Shown piece after piece: positions 25,774 through 37,723 of a stretch of 64,000 nucleotides of DNA. Location: NCBI GenBank assembly GCA_028023455.1, contig JAQFVV010000006.1, positions 558,001 through 622,000 of the forward strand, written 5' to 3'. A program made the translations under genes and the position numbers. The first letter of the stretch is position 1. Every line of letters begins with the position of its first letter. The DNA is from Epiperipatus broadwayi. Taxonomy: Eukaryota > Animalia > Onychophora. The notes under the pieces are model-generated. The model did no database searches, was not told the origin of the DNA, and saw only the letters and a program-made list of their open reading frames with translations.

Positions 25774-27843
25774 GTAACTACATAGTTTTAATAAACTTAA
25801 TATCTAAAATAATTTCTACAAAAAGTTTTAATATGTTTTTTTTATTTTTTATTGTCTTTTCTTAAGCTGTTTAATCATCCTCTTTTTTTGACGGCTTTTG
25901 TATCTACTGTACATACTCCTGCTGAAAAATGTATTGAAAGGTTTATTAATCACTATAAATAATAATCTAATGGTTTATTGCTCAAAAGTTTGTAAGAAAT
26001 TTCGAGTGCTGGAAGTAACAGCACCAGGCTGTGATTTTTAATGTTCTCCTGTCCACCATTCTACCAGTACCTTAAACTATGCAGGGGGCAATGAAGTCTG
26101 AAATAATTGATGTGTGAAGAATTTAGAAGCATCAACAATTTTATCATTTATAAGAGAAAACAATTTAAACTTTGTGACTACTTGTTCTAAAATGCAAAAT
26201 ATAAAATGCGTTAACACGCACACACCCAAAGCTGAAGACAACTAAAGAAATGTATATATATACTTATTTTATTTTAATATATATATATATTTAATTAAGT
26301 GGCTACGTGCCTTCAAGGGTCAGAGCCCTCATATTCATAGCCATTTTGCAAATAGACAAGAAATTGATTAGGAGCGATGTAAATTTATGCAAATGCGATA
26401 GTTACGTATTCCATTTCCTGGATATTTTGTAGCAAGGGTCTTTTCCATTTATGGCGTCGCTATTTCTAGCGATAAAATAAGCCTCTTATTTTCCTTTTCA
26501 GATCGTGTCACTCTCTGAAAACCACCACTGGATCTCTAGGTTGGCAATCGTGACCAGCTGACGTGCAGTGCTGCGCAAAAACTGAACTATAAGAAGTGTC
26601 CACCAGTGCTCTATTATAGGAGTATGTGTGTTGGGATAGCCTAGTGGACAGAGAGGCCCTGGTCTCACCATAATATGATGATTTACAATATTTTTCAGGG
26701 CAGGGAGTTGTTTTTGGCTACAACAAGTTGAATTTAAATCCAGGCCAAAAAAATATAAAAAAAAATTTTAACAGGCTTGAAATTGTTTAGGTCCTTGATT
26801 CACAGCCAATCGAGATAATTATCCTATATTGGTAAGTAAATGCATATACAACTTTTTAATTAGAAGGTAAGCAAGAATGAAAAACTTCTCATAGAGATGT
26901 CTGGTGAATATTGCCTTTTTCTGATAATGATATGTGGCTGTTTGATAAAGCTATCAGTTTCTGAGGCAAGAACAATTTAAAATTTTTGGAGAACACACAC
27001 ACAAAAAGAAACTAGATGTAATAATTGCTTCCAGTATCAAGTGAGTGTTTAAGACTTGAGAATTATTCGATGTTGTGATCCTATTACTTTTCTTGTCAGA
27101 AAACAAAAATGTGTAAACTTTCATCTATTAAAACTTTTGATATACTCATGCGAGAAGCATTAAGTTTTTCCAAAGCGCTGATGTTTTTCTTTAAATTTTC
27201 AATATGTGAAAATCTAAAAGAATAATAGGAATATCTTTCTATTTACAAGTAACTATCCATCATCCAACTGCTATGTCCATGAGGTGGTGTTAAGTACAGA
27301 CTGGATAAAGTTTGGAAATTTTTTGGGAACCCAAACAGACTTTGGTTTTTTTTTTTTTTTTGGTTTTTTTTTTTTAGGTAGAAGCCCTTTAACCATCCAA
27401 TACTAGTCAGTAAATGGTATCTAACTTATATTTGTTTCCTGAGGAATAATGACCATGGGGATAATCTGGTTTAACCAATTGATTGATAATGTACTAATAT
27501 TTTGGAACATGCTGTTTTCTTTACTGGTTTGTTGGGAGATTGGGCCACTAGATATTCAGTGCATAGTTTGCTTTTACTTTTTATAATGACGAATTGAAAA
27601 TGATTATATTATAGAATATGTTTAATATATACTTTAGTAAAACTAGTATATTTATTATGTAAATATTTTTATCTTGGTATGATTCTTTATATATATACTT
27701 ATTGTTATAATATTCTGATTAACTCTTTTTAGCATTGTGTAGTAAAATATATTCTTTATGTTTTACTGTTTCAAATTTGTAATATCTTTTATTATTACTG
27801 TTGTTTCTTACCGTTTCAACTGTCCAGCAGGTTATTTGAAAAT

Positions 27844-27882
27844 CTGAAAAAGACTACGCAGTAGTCGAAACTGTAAGAAACA
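27844..27882 (+). ncRNA. Hammerhead-like motif (family F) with G8A and a damaged stem III
   Basis: CTGAAAA-A-GACTA cgcag TAGTC-GAAAC-T-GTA; a partial inverted copy lies at 27803-27822. Confidence 0.5.
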
Positions 27883-27986
27883 ATCATAGTGCAAAAGGCA
27901 TTATATTAAAAATGCAAAAAAGGAATACAGTATTTTCTATTTATATTTTATATCATTCTAATATATATTTTATCTATTTAAAAAAG

Positions 27987-28198
27987 GATCTTTCAGCAGT
28001 TGAAATGGGAGAAATAGTAGAAACCGAAAAAAACGAGGAAGAATTGGCCGAGTATACATTAGTCAAATCTGGTCAGTTCGATCCTAGGTATGATACTGTG
28101 GAAAATTCCGACATTGATGAGGATGATTCATCTGTTGAAGATTTGAAAATTGATTATGGGAAAGATGACGATGGAGAGGCAGGAAGCACAGATAGTGG
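27987..28198 (+). CDS. FTSJ3: FTSJ3 exon 7 in window (acidic region)
   Basis: Weak acceptor aaaaag, donor gttagt, phase 0-2. DLSAVEMGEIVETEKNEEE...DYGKDDDGEAGSTDSG. In frame with both neighbours only from 27987. Confidence 0.85.
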
Positions 28199-28687
28199 GT
28201 TAGTTTTTTTTACTTTATAAAAAAGAAATAATTTAGTTTGGTGAAAACCATATAATAAAATCATAAGTTAAAGTTTCAAGAGACATTATTTTTAACTTCA
28301 TATTAGCTAATTCTGTACGATTACCGAATTGTACTTATTTAATATTATTAAAAAATAGAATAACCTATCATTTACGATATAAAGCCTTTTTTTTTAAGGT
28401 TAGTGGTTGTAAATCAATGTGACAATAAAAAAACATTTTTGAAAATAATTAATTTATTTTAATATTGGCTTGTTTCGATAACATTACTCAGATAAGTCTA
28501 GTGATTATCTTCATAAATAATTTCAAAATCATTTTGTACTCTTATAAAAATAATAACTAATTATAGCTAATAAGTGCATTCATATATAAACATATTTTAT
28601 TCCCAGATTGCTTAATTTCAGTGGTTGGAATTCTAGGCTAAAGATTATGTATATAGTAGAGGGGACAAATTTGAATTAAGAAGGTAT

Positions 28688-29310
28688 TATCATCGTCAAC
28701 CATTATCAATCCATTGCAGGATGAAGGTCTCCCCAAATTTAATCCATCTTCTCCGATCTTTAGCTTTTCTTCTCCACATCACCCCTACACACTTTATTAT
28801 TTCATCCATCCATCTCACATGTGGTCTCTTTTTGGGTCTTTTACAATCTCCTGGAATCCAGATTAAGGTTTCAATTGTCCATCTATTATCATCTCTTCTA
28901 GCAATATGACCAGCCCAACTCAGTCTTTTAATTCTTTCAACAATGTCAATAACACTTGTTTGTTCTCTTACCTATATTTTGTACTTTCGATCTCTTATTA
29001 TTCCTAACATGCATCTCCATATTTCTTTGAGTGGTCTGAAGTCTCTGTATTGTTCTTGTATTAAGTGTCCAAGTCTCAGATCCGTAAGTATGAACTGGTA
29101 AAACATATTTATTAAAACCCTTTTTTTTTTTTTTCAAACACATGGGCACATTTCCTTTTAATATAAAGTTATTTCTATCAAAAGCATTCCAACCTAATTT
29201 AATTCTATGATTAATTTCATCCGTTATATTTCCATCCTTAGAAATAATCTGACCAAGGTAGTTGTAGCTGTTAACTTCTTCTAACTCATCACGATCAATC
29301 TTTATTTTCA
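28688..29310 (-). mobile_element. 5'-truncated RTE LINE, same family as 58946-59793
   Basis: ORF track NSYNYLGQIIS...RIKLGWNAF...VLPVHTYGSETWTL; (GAT)n-like tail at 28688-28700. Confidence 0.9.
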
Positions 29311-30039
29311 TCTTTTGAGAAAATCTTCATCTTTTGAGAAAATCTATTGGACATAGTTAAGAAGGTAAAGGATACTAAATGTTTAGTAATCAAATATTTA
29401 ATAAAAATTAAGAATATTGCTAGATATAAATTAAATATAAAATAACTAATTACAAAATAATTGTTTGAATGTATATCACTATTAATTCGCATTGTCAATC
29501 ACTAGTTTAAATAACATTAGCTTATTAAAATATATACATTAATGAAACTATTCTAATTTATTGTAGAAGAGAAAGGATATTTTACTTTAAGTGCATATTT
29601 TGAAATAAGTATTTAATTAGTAAATAAGAATGCCTATAAATTTCATAAACAAAAGTGATCAGAATTGTAAAGTAGAAAATACTATAAATAGATTATATAG
29701 AGCTTTTTCTCACCTAGGATTTTGCATATATATAAATCAGTCTATCATTTATCAAGATTTGGAGTTTACGATTCAATGAAAATTCTTTTTTGCCTGGGAA
29801 TTTCGCTGACTGTTGACTTTTATAATTTCAATGAAGACACTACTGTATGGAGAATTTTAATCTAATATTGATTGTTTAATCAGTGGTCTAGTTTTTTTTT
29901 CCATCCACGATAAAATAAGTATAGAAAACTGCAAAAATTCTCATTGTCCAGCAATTGCCTAATCTGTTAAATGCTGCCTTCTTTTTTTACTGCTCCTGTA
30001 TGCTCTCTTGTGGGTTCAAGGGTGTTTATCTACTATGTA

Positions 30040-32620
30040 TATTGAAAATGAAGCAAACCAATGCTAGATTATTTCAACAGTGGTATCTGAATTTAGAAAC
30101 ACAAATTTTGAATCAAGCAATATAGGTAAAAGGATTCTTACTTATTAAGTTGCAAGTCAATTTATATTGATTTCAAGTATTGCAAACATAAGCGTGAATT
30201 TAAATAAGCTTAGATCTTAAAAGCTAATAGACAAACATTTTTCATATTCCATATACAAAGCGCAATTACAAAATCTTCTAATCAAGCCCCCCCCCCCCTC
30301 CACAATGTTATGTTTTTTTCAGCAATGCCCTCTGTGAATAAATATGAAGTCTGGACATTTTGTATTTGAACATTTGTGTTTGAATCCTCAATTAGCGATA
30401 TGCACTGGGTAAAATGCAATTAATAAATAATCATTTTAGACTTTGAAAAAACCTTAATTATAACTATTGTGCCATTACAAATTGACACTGTTCACAAAAT
30501 TTTTAAGATTACCAAAATTACATGACTGGTACGAGGGCACTATTAGGCATATACCCTATCAGTAGATCAGATTGAGAAGAATCTTCAATGATCATAATGA
30601 TAATTTATGTACTTCGGTCATATTAAGACATAATCTTACACGGACTATTAATTATACTTTGTTTGAACCAGATGGACACTTAGTTGTTAATATTATAAGA
30701 GAAATTAAAGACAGAGACACTTAAGTATGGTTTAAGTATTTATTCTTTTTTTTTTATATATACTAACTTCTTTCTTCACTCCCTTTTTTAGAGCACTCCA
30801 ACTAACTTGATCCGAAATTTTAGAAGAAAGATGAGCGTAAATCTTAATTCCATTCCTTTTCTTTTTTTAAAATGGTTCATTGCACCGCACAAAACCTACG
30901 AATGATAGTTATTCAGGTTTATTCTGGAGACCTGTCCAAATAGGTGTGACTGAAGGTTGAATTATTAATAAGAATGGGCACTATCTTGACACTTAAACCC
31001 TCTACATTTCACGATTAATAATTATATTCAAACTCTTAAGGGGTGGTGCAAGGGTCAGTTGCTTGCTTACAGCCAATGAACATCCCTTTACGCACATCAG
31101 TTCCGACATAAGGTTCCTGTGTTTGCTTATTGTTGGAACTCTTAACAGATCTTTACCCCCCACTCCTGATTGTCTTTCCAAATCAAGCAGTTAACATTTT
31201 TTGGGGGAGTCAAAATTACAGACCCTTTGAACAAAATAAATGAATTAAAAGTTATACCAAATTTGAATTATTAAAAAGTTAGTAAAATAACATAATGCTC
31301 CCCTTTTTTCAATTCATCCAAAATAATATGAAAAAAAAAATCCCTCTAAAAACCCCACACTACTGTTAAAAAAAAATTTTTTTGTATAATTAAGTTAATG
31401 GAATCCAGAATTCTATTACACCAGTCAGAATAAAAGTTCTTTAAGTAAAAGTTCATATTTACCCAGATTGATCAGCTGTTTCACTTTCTTCATGTGGGTA
31501 ATGTCCTTATATGATTTCATTCTTGAAACTGCTGACTTAAATGCTTTGTTTTGTCCATTGGCTTTTTGACATCCTCAGCTAACTTGTTAAGTCCATTCTT
31601 CCCATAGTTGACGATTGCTCGGGTGGCTCCAGGTGTGGCTATGAGACGTATTTCCTGAAGGGAAAGCTTTCGATGTCCTTTAGCCGGAGAACATTTTGTT
31701 GGCGCTGGTTAATATTGATCTTTCTTAGTAAAAGTTCTGGAGATTTTATATATCTTTTTCCAATCTCTCTTAACAAAAGCAAACTTCATAATTTATGTTT
31801 TTCAACAAACAGGATTCACACCTAGCGGTTTATTTTTAGATGCATTTTGACACTTCTAATTTCTGTCCTTTTATTCTCATTTCCTTTTTAATTAATGGAA
31901 AAGTTCTGGTTCAATTAGCAGAGATCGACTAACAATATATTTAATTACAAATACTTTTAGTCTCTCAAGTTTCAGCAATAGAGTTAATTGCAAAAATCTA
32001 TAATTTTCCACCCAACCCACATTTTTCCAAGAATTGCAATAAAAAAACTTTTAACGAAATCAAAATCTCAAGATCTAATTTTATCTTGAGTTATAATGGA
32101 TTTAAATAAATTAATTGAAACTCAAATGTAATAAATGAATTCGCACTCATATTTAGAATAATCTTGAAATCAATATGCTTATCACTTGCAATTCAATAGG
32201 TAAGATTTCTTTTGCTTATATTAGTTAATTCAGATTTTGTGCTCTTAAATACAGATAATATGGTTGCAATATTCTAGCATTGGTTTGTATTCATTTACTA
32301 TATTTGAATTTCAACTAGTGTTGTGCATTCATGGATTTATTCTTATATATTTATGTTTGGAGTTTTTTCAAAGTGTAAATTGATTATTTATTAATGGTGC
32401 TTTATATACAGAACATGAAATATGTGTGTCTATCAACTTTTAAGATCTAAACTTATTTAAATTTGTGCTTGTGTGTTTAGAAGAGTCTTGAAATCAATAA
32501 ACTTACCAGCATATGACTTAATAGTTAAGAGGATTCCTTTTACCTACATTGCTTGTTTCCGACTATGTGTTTCTAAATACAGATAGCACTGCTGAAATAT
32601 TCTAGCATTGGTTAGTGTTC
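30040..32620. repeat. Diverged inverted pair of about 230 bp (30040-30270 vs 32385-32620), with a partial copy at 32130-32290
   Basis: accaatgctag/ctagcattggt, tagatcttaaaag/cttttaagatcta and ttgatttcaag/cttgaaatcaa correspondences. Confidence 0.5.
31440..31800 (-). mobile_element. Possible internally deleted Tc1-like transposase relic
   Basis: The minus strand reads PAKGHRKLSLQEIRLI...TPGAT...AEDVKKPMDK, resembling a Tc1 HTH linker fused to a C-terminus. TIRs not established. Confidence 0.35.
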
Positions 32621-32815
32621 TGTAGATGGATAGGTAGGTGGGTGGGTGGATGCACATACGTATGTAATATATCTTGCTCAATTAAATAGTATTGAGCATG
32701 CTTACAAATTAATCATAACCATAGTTAAAGTTTTTGTGATTCAGTTTTTAAATCATTTTACGTTATTTCTATTTGAAATTTTAAATGCATTGATTTGATT
32801 TTTTTTTCGCTCTAG

Positions 32816-32912
32816 AGAAACACTTGATGATGAAAATCCATTAATCGTTGATTTAGATCATGATGACCATGCAACAAAAATTCAAAAACGAATGAACCTA
32901 TGGTTTAAACAT
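32816..32912 (+). CDS. FTSJ3: FTSJ3 exon 8 in window
   Basis: ctctag/gttagt, phase 2-0. ETLDDENPLIVDLDHDDHATKIQKRMNLWFKH contains the ENPL and NLWF motifs. Confidence 0.93.
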
Positions 32913-32984
32913 GTTAGTATTTTTTTCCAATTACTTTTGTTTCATTTTAAATAATAAATCAATATAATACTTATGTTAATATAA

Positions 32985-33885
32985 CATATAAAATACAATA
33001 TAACAATTCGTCAATTGCTAAAACAGAGAATCATTAATATAAATAAAATAACTATTGCCAAGCACTTTCAACTTCTACGAGTCCTTATCAAGGCAGTAAA
33101 AAACTCCTATTTTCTTCTAAGCGATAAATTCAATATTTCATTGCATTGGCCAGGAACAACTAACCAATCAGAAAACTGATTAATTTTGAATTCATAGCAC
33201 AAGATGAATTTTGTATAAGATATGATTTCTTAATTTTGTGTTTTTTATTATGTGTTTCATGCATTAATATTGCAAAATCCTTTGGACTACATATATGGCC
33301 TGTACTACTTTGATGAACATAAAAAGCTGAATAAACTGTATAATAAGAGTTTTAAGTCAGGATTTCCAGTTGGCATGGAGGACTCCATCTAATTCTAAGG
33401 GAGCAATAAGTAAAGAGGATAAAAGCAGTGTTGTGTATTCTATTAGATGCTGACAGATAAATTGTAGTGCAATATATATTGGGGAAACCAAGACAGATAT
33501 TAAATATCGTTTTCAACAGCATAAATATACATATATTAAAGCAAGGGAAGATGATACAGTTTAGTCAGCTTTTTATGTTCACCAAAATAGTACAGGCCAT
33601 ATATGTAGACCAAAGGATTTTGCAATATTAATTCATGAAACACACAATGAAAAACATAAAATTAAGGAATCATATTTTATACAAAATTCATCTTGTGCTA
33701 TGAATTCAAAATTAACCAGTTTTCCAATTAGTTGTTCCTGGCCAATGCAATGAAATGTTGAATTTATCACTTAGGAAAAATTAGGAATTTTTTACTGCCT
33801 TGATAAGGACTCGTAGGAGCTGAAAGCTTAATGATTCTCTGTTTTAGCAATTAACGAAATGTTATATTGTATTTTTTGTTTCATT
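32985..33885 (+). mobile_element. Penelope-like element remnant: GIY-YIG endonuclease C-terminus between inverted pseudo-LTRs
   Basis: Frame 33421-33753 reads KSSVVYSIRC*QINCSAIYIGETKTDIKYRFQQH...SAFYVH...GH...FAILIHE...KIKESYFIQN...MN. Inverted repeats lie at about 32985-33222 and 33678-33885. Confidence 0.9.
33056..33097 (-). ncRNA. Penelope pLTR hammerhead, U3:A8 core variant (truncated mirror copy at 33794-33829 on +)
   Basis: ACTGCC-TTGATAA-G-GACTC gtag AAGTT-GAAA-G tg C-TT-GGCA. Stem I is TGCC/GGCA; the mirror copy has GAG in place of AAG in stem II. Confidence 0.7.
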
Positions 33886-35527
33886 TATATATTTTTCTAT
33901 ATATGACGTTACTGATAAAAATATATTCAATATTATGATATGCTAATAATCGTTATCTTAATGTCATATTAATGTTGTTTTTTGATCATTTTATTCTATT
34001 AATGATAGTTTGTTGCCATGGCAACTCTTTTTTTTTTTTAGATGCATTCTCTGTTTTTAAGATTGATCCATCTCATGACTGTCATAGAATAGGAATTTCG
34101 TTTCATAATCAAACTTAGGCTTATGTTTGTAATTAATCTAGAGTCCTATTCTCAAAGCAGATCTTTTACAACCTATCATACACTGCGTTGAGACAATATT
34201 ATTTACATTTTATTTTAAAATTTTTTTATTTTTATTTTTTTTAACCAAAATTAGAGCAGTTTATTAACAACAAATGAATTTCACCTTTTTATTCTAAAGT
34301 ATCCATTTTTAAAGAAATCACGTATAAATTAATTATTTTTTTTATGAAAGATAATTTACTCTCTCCTACTCATCTGAAGGGCCTTAAGGCATAACAGTTA
34401 ACACACAATGCTCACGATATGAGATTGGTCTTGATTTTTTTTTCAGGTCACAAGCAAATGTATGATTTTTTTTCCTCCTGTTGTTAAGCTGATTAGCCGT
34501 TCAGTAGTGATTGATAAATAAGTATTTATTTATAGTTAAAACATAATGAGACCATTTCAGTTGGGCAGTTGGGAAATGTCTCTGAAAATGGAATGTACAG
34601 TTATAACAATTCAGTAGCTGCAACAACCATTTGTAAGTGAATACGGCTATTTCAATTCCAAAAGAAAAAGATAAAAAAAAAGACAAAATAAAAAAACAAT
34701 AATGATAAAAGTAATACTACATTAGAGATGAATTTTGTGATGACTATGCAAACCAATCCGTGAACCACAAATGTATCCACATATAGAACATGCTGATCCA
34801 ATATTCGGTTTATTTGATGTTTTATAATGTTTACTTTTACGTTTTTCTGTAGCAAATTTTTCATTCTAAATACTTCAACATTATGTCTAACGATAGTTTG
34901 TCATACCACATTTAATTGTAGTTGTCCGTTATATTCTCTCATCTACCATGTCTATCGATTGAGGACAATCATCATCGCACTTCTGTATAATGAAAATGGG
35001 GTCAACTTCTCCCATGGAAAACGATACTCAAATTTACGTTAAAACACCCTTTTAGATTGTCTTGTTTTCTTTATTTGCTTTATATATCCAATTGAAAGTA
35101 TAATTTTACATTAATGGACCAGACTCATAACTTCCCACAAGTTGAAGAATGTATAGATTGATATAACTTTGCAAAGCAATCTTAAATGAAATTTTTCTAA
35201 TGCCGTTAAATTACCTCAGTAGGATGATAATTTCACTTCCATGCAGTAAATCGATAAAATAACAGAAATACTTTGTCTTTGAATTTAATTTCATAAGATT
35301 TTATCTTTTTTGTCCCCGTTAAACTTAATAGACGGTCATTTAATATTTTACTAAAGGACAGAGAGGTCTTACCTTTCCCATTTAATTTTATTGCTCTATA
35401 ATCAAAAATTAGTAAAGATTGTCAAGTGTCCTTTTTGATTTTGTTTTGATTTAATAAAGATTAAAGGAAGGTTTATTTTACATGAATTAGTCTAGGTTTA
35501 AATTCATAGGGTTTTTAAATTTCAGAT

Positions 35528-35856
35528 TTCATCACATGATCACCATCTTCATGCTTACACAAGCTGTTTTTCACAGAGGCAAAACTCCATACCATAGCAA
35601 CACTCAGTGCAAGCCAGAGTAATCAATGAATGCAGAAAGGTTTATGCATAAATCCCTATCTAATATCCTAAGATTTAGGTGCAGTGCTCTCAGATCCAAG
35701 GCTTCACACTGATGAAAGCCACAAGCTAGAAACTAGTCTGGGGATATTGGATGAGTAGGTACTAAATAGGGATTTTATACACTAACCTTTCTGCATCCAT
35801 TGACTACTATGGCTTGCACTGAGTGGCGCTACTTCATGGAGAGTTTTGCCTCTGTG
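35528..35856. repeat. Family A: inverted 3' half plus a plus-strand unit
   Basis: Minus arm at about 35528-35670; plus arm at about 35672-35856. Confidence 0.85.
35703..35744 (+). ncRNA. Minimal type I hammerhead (family A), intact core
   Basis: TTCACA-CTGATGA-A-AGC cacaa GCT-A-GAAAC-TA-GTC|TGGGGA; predicted cleavage after 35738. Confidence 0.72.
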
Positions 35857-36947
35857 TAGCTTGGATAGGAATAAAGATGGCTGTTAGATGTATGAAGAAA
35901 TATTAGTTCCAGTCTTGAATTCTACTCTTCATCGATGAAAACAAAACCGGTAACTGATCTGGTATCTATTGATTACTTAAGTTTACATTAGGTGGCTTTA
36001 GAGTAGGAGGAGGACAATTGCTCTTGGAAGCATATGAAAAAGTCATGTGATATTTTTGTTTATAATTATTTTGCATAATGTGATTGAAATAAAGAAAAAG
36101 AATGCAATTAAATTGTTTCTTGAAATTAGGACAAGGCTGAAAAATTATAACCTGGGGGTAATATATTCAAATCTGTAAAAAACTTTTTGCACTTTTTATG
36201 CTCTATTTTTCTCTTACCCTAATCGAAAAATATATTCTGCATATTTTTTTTTTTGTCTTGCACAAAATCTTTTTATGTTTAGTTAGCATCAAATCTGAGA
36301 AAATATAAATAATGATATGCAAATAGCAAAAAGACCGCATTTTAATCTCAATTCTGTTGGTTCTTGGATATGCAAGACTGGTTATACCTTCTGCTGTGTG
36401 ATGTTGACCAACTCTTAGGAAACCAATTTATGATGGTCTTCATATCTAGTTTCACTTGGCTCACTCTGCTTACATTAATGGAAGGACCACTATGACCTCA
36501 CATTAACTGTCTAACACAATATATCACACGATTCTCCTAGTTTAGATTTAACATCGGCATTTATAGTAGTAATTCGTTATTATTTCTCTAGAGCTTTCTA
36601 ACATAACTGAATAATCAGTGAATACCAGATCCCCAGGCTAGGTTTTAGCTATTGGTATTAATCCATCAAGAACACTGGACTCCCCTTTACATTGTTGACG
36701 GGGACCAAATCAAAGAGATTATGACTATAACTTAATAAATAAAAACAATGTCAGTAAAGAGCTACTTCTGTAAGTTTGCAATAATAGCAACTAATGAACA
36801 ATGAGTACTGTATACCGATGTGATATTACATTAGTGGTAATGAATAGACAAACAATTTACCATTGTATTAGTGACTTAGTTAATTGCAGTGAGTAAAGGA
36901 ATCCTCACGTGGATCTTACATTACTTGCAACAGGGAAATTAAGAGAT

Positions 36948-37180
36948 TAAAACAGGCAAAACTCACTAGTTGCAGTGCTCTCAGATCCAAGGCTCCTCAC
37001 TGACGAAGGCCATAAGCCAGAAACTAGTCTGGGGATATTGGATGAGAAGGCACTAGATGGGGATTTTATGCACAAGCTTTCTGGCATCCATTGATATGTG
37101 GCAATATATATAGTGAGTTTTGCCTGTTTTAACAACAGTTATACACAAGCTTAAGAGGTAGGTGGTCATGTGATGAAATT
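36948..37180 (+). repeat. Family A plus-strand unit with a short 5' inversion
   Basis: Same unit order as 21330-21570; abuts family C tail-to-tail at about 37198. Confidence 0.85.
36994..37035 (+). ncRNA. Minimal type I hammerhead (family A), intact core with a fully paired 6-bp stem I
   Basis: TCCTCA-CTGACGA-A-GGC cataa GCC-A-GAAAC-TA-GTC|TGGGGA; predicted cleavage after 37029. Confidence 0.8.
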
Positions 37181-37197
37181 AAGTGATCACTACTGTG

Positions 37198-37462
37198 GTC
37201 AAATAAAAAATAGTCATAGATCACACGACCCCATTCTTTTAAGCTTGTAAGATATTGGGCATTGCTAATTGCTCAACAAGCTCTGTGATAAATGCTTAGT
37301 CCGAGGTTTGGGGGAGGGGGGGTTGCTGACAGATATTTTAAATGCTTTCTATGGCTAAGCATTTATCACAAAGCTTTTTGAGCAATTGGCAATGCTCATT
37401 GTTTATATCTTACAAGCTTAAAAGAATGGGATCATGTGATCTATGACTATTTTTTATTTGAC
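37198..37462. repeat. Family C palindromic element
   Basis: gtcaaataaaaaatagtcatagatcac...gtgatctatgactattttttatttgac, with a central G-run. Confidence 0.85.
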
Positions 37463-37681
37463 TATTTATAGTCTCTGCTTTAAGTCTTAGGCAATGTTAT
37501 ATTGCTAAAAGTACTAATATATGGTTTGGCTAAAGATCGCTCAGCCCCATATAGCTATTTGAGTTGGATAGCTGGGTTTGAAGACATGTAGGTGTTTGAA
37601 AATTTCAGATTTTCCACTCAATAGATAACTTTTAGATAAATGTTGTTTTTGGTAGATCTAGTGTCTGAAGCTATCCTAGTG

Positions 37682-37723
37682 CCTCTCTGAGGAATGCCAA
37701 AGCATGAAACGATTGGTCAGAGG
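37682..37723 (+). ncRNA. Type I hammerhead with a fully canonical core (head of a family C unit, 37682-37825)
   Basis: CCTCT-CTGAGGA-ATGC caaa GCAT-GAAAC gattg GTC|AGAGG: 5-bp stem I, 4-bp stem II, 2-bp stem III, GUC site; predicted cleavage after 37718. Confidence 0.85.

Noticed and set aside
26228-26260. CTGAAGA-CAACTAAA-GAAAT-GT-ATA
   Set aside because: No stem II or stem I pairing; compatible with chance.
19700-34864. Homologous minus-strand ORFs at 19700-19996 and 34652-34864
   Set aside because: The DNA similarity is real (a diverged repeat), but the peptides have no recognisable domain and the frames differ at their ends. Treated as an unclassified repeat.
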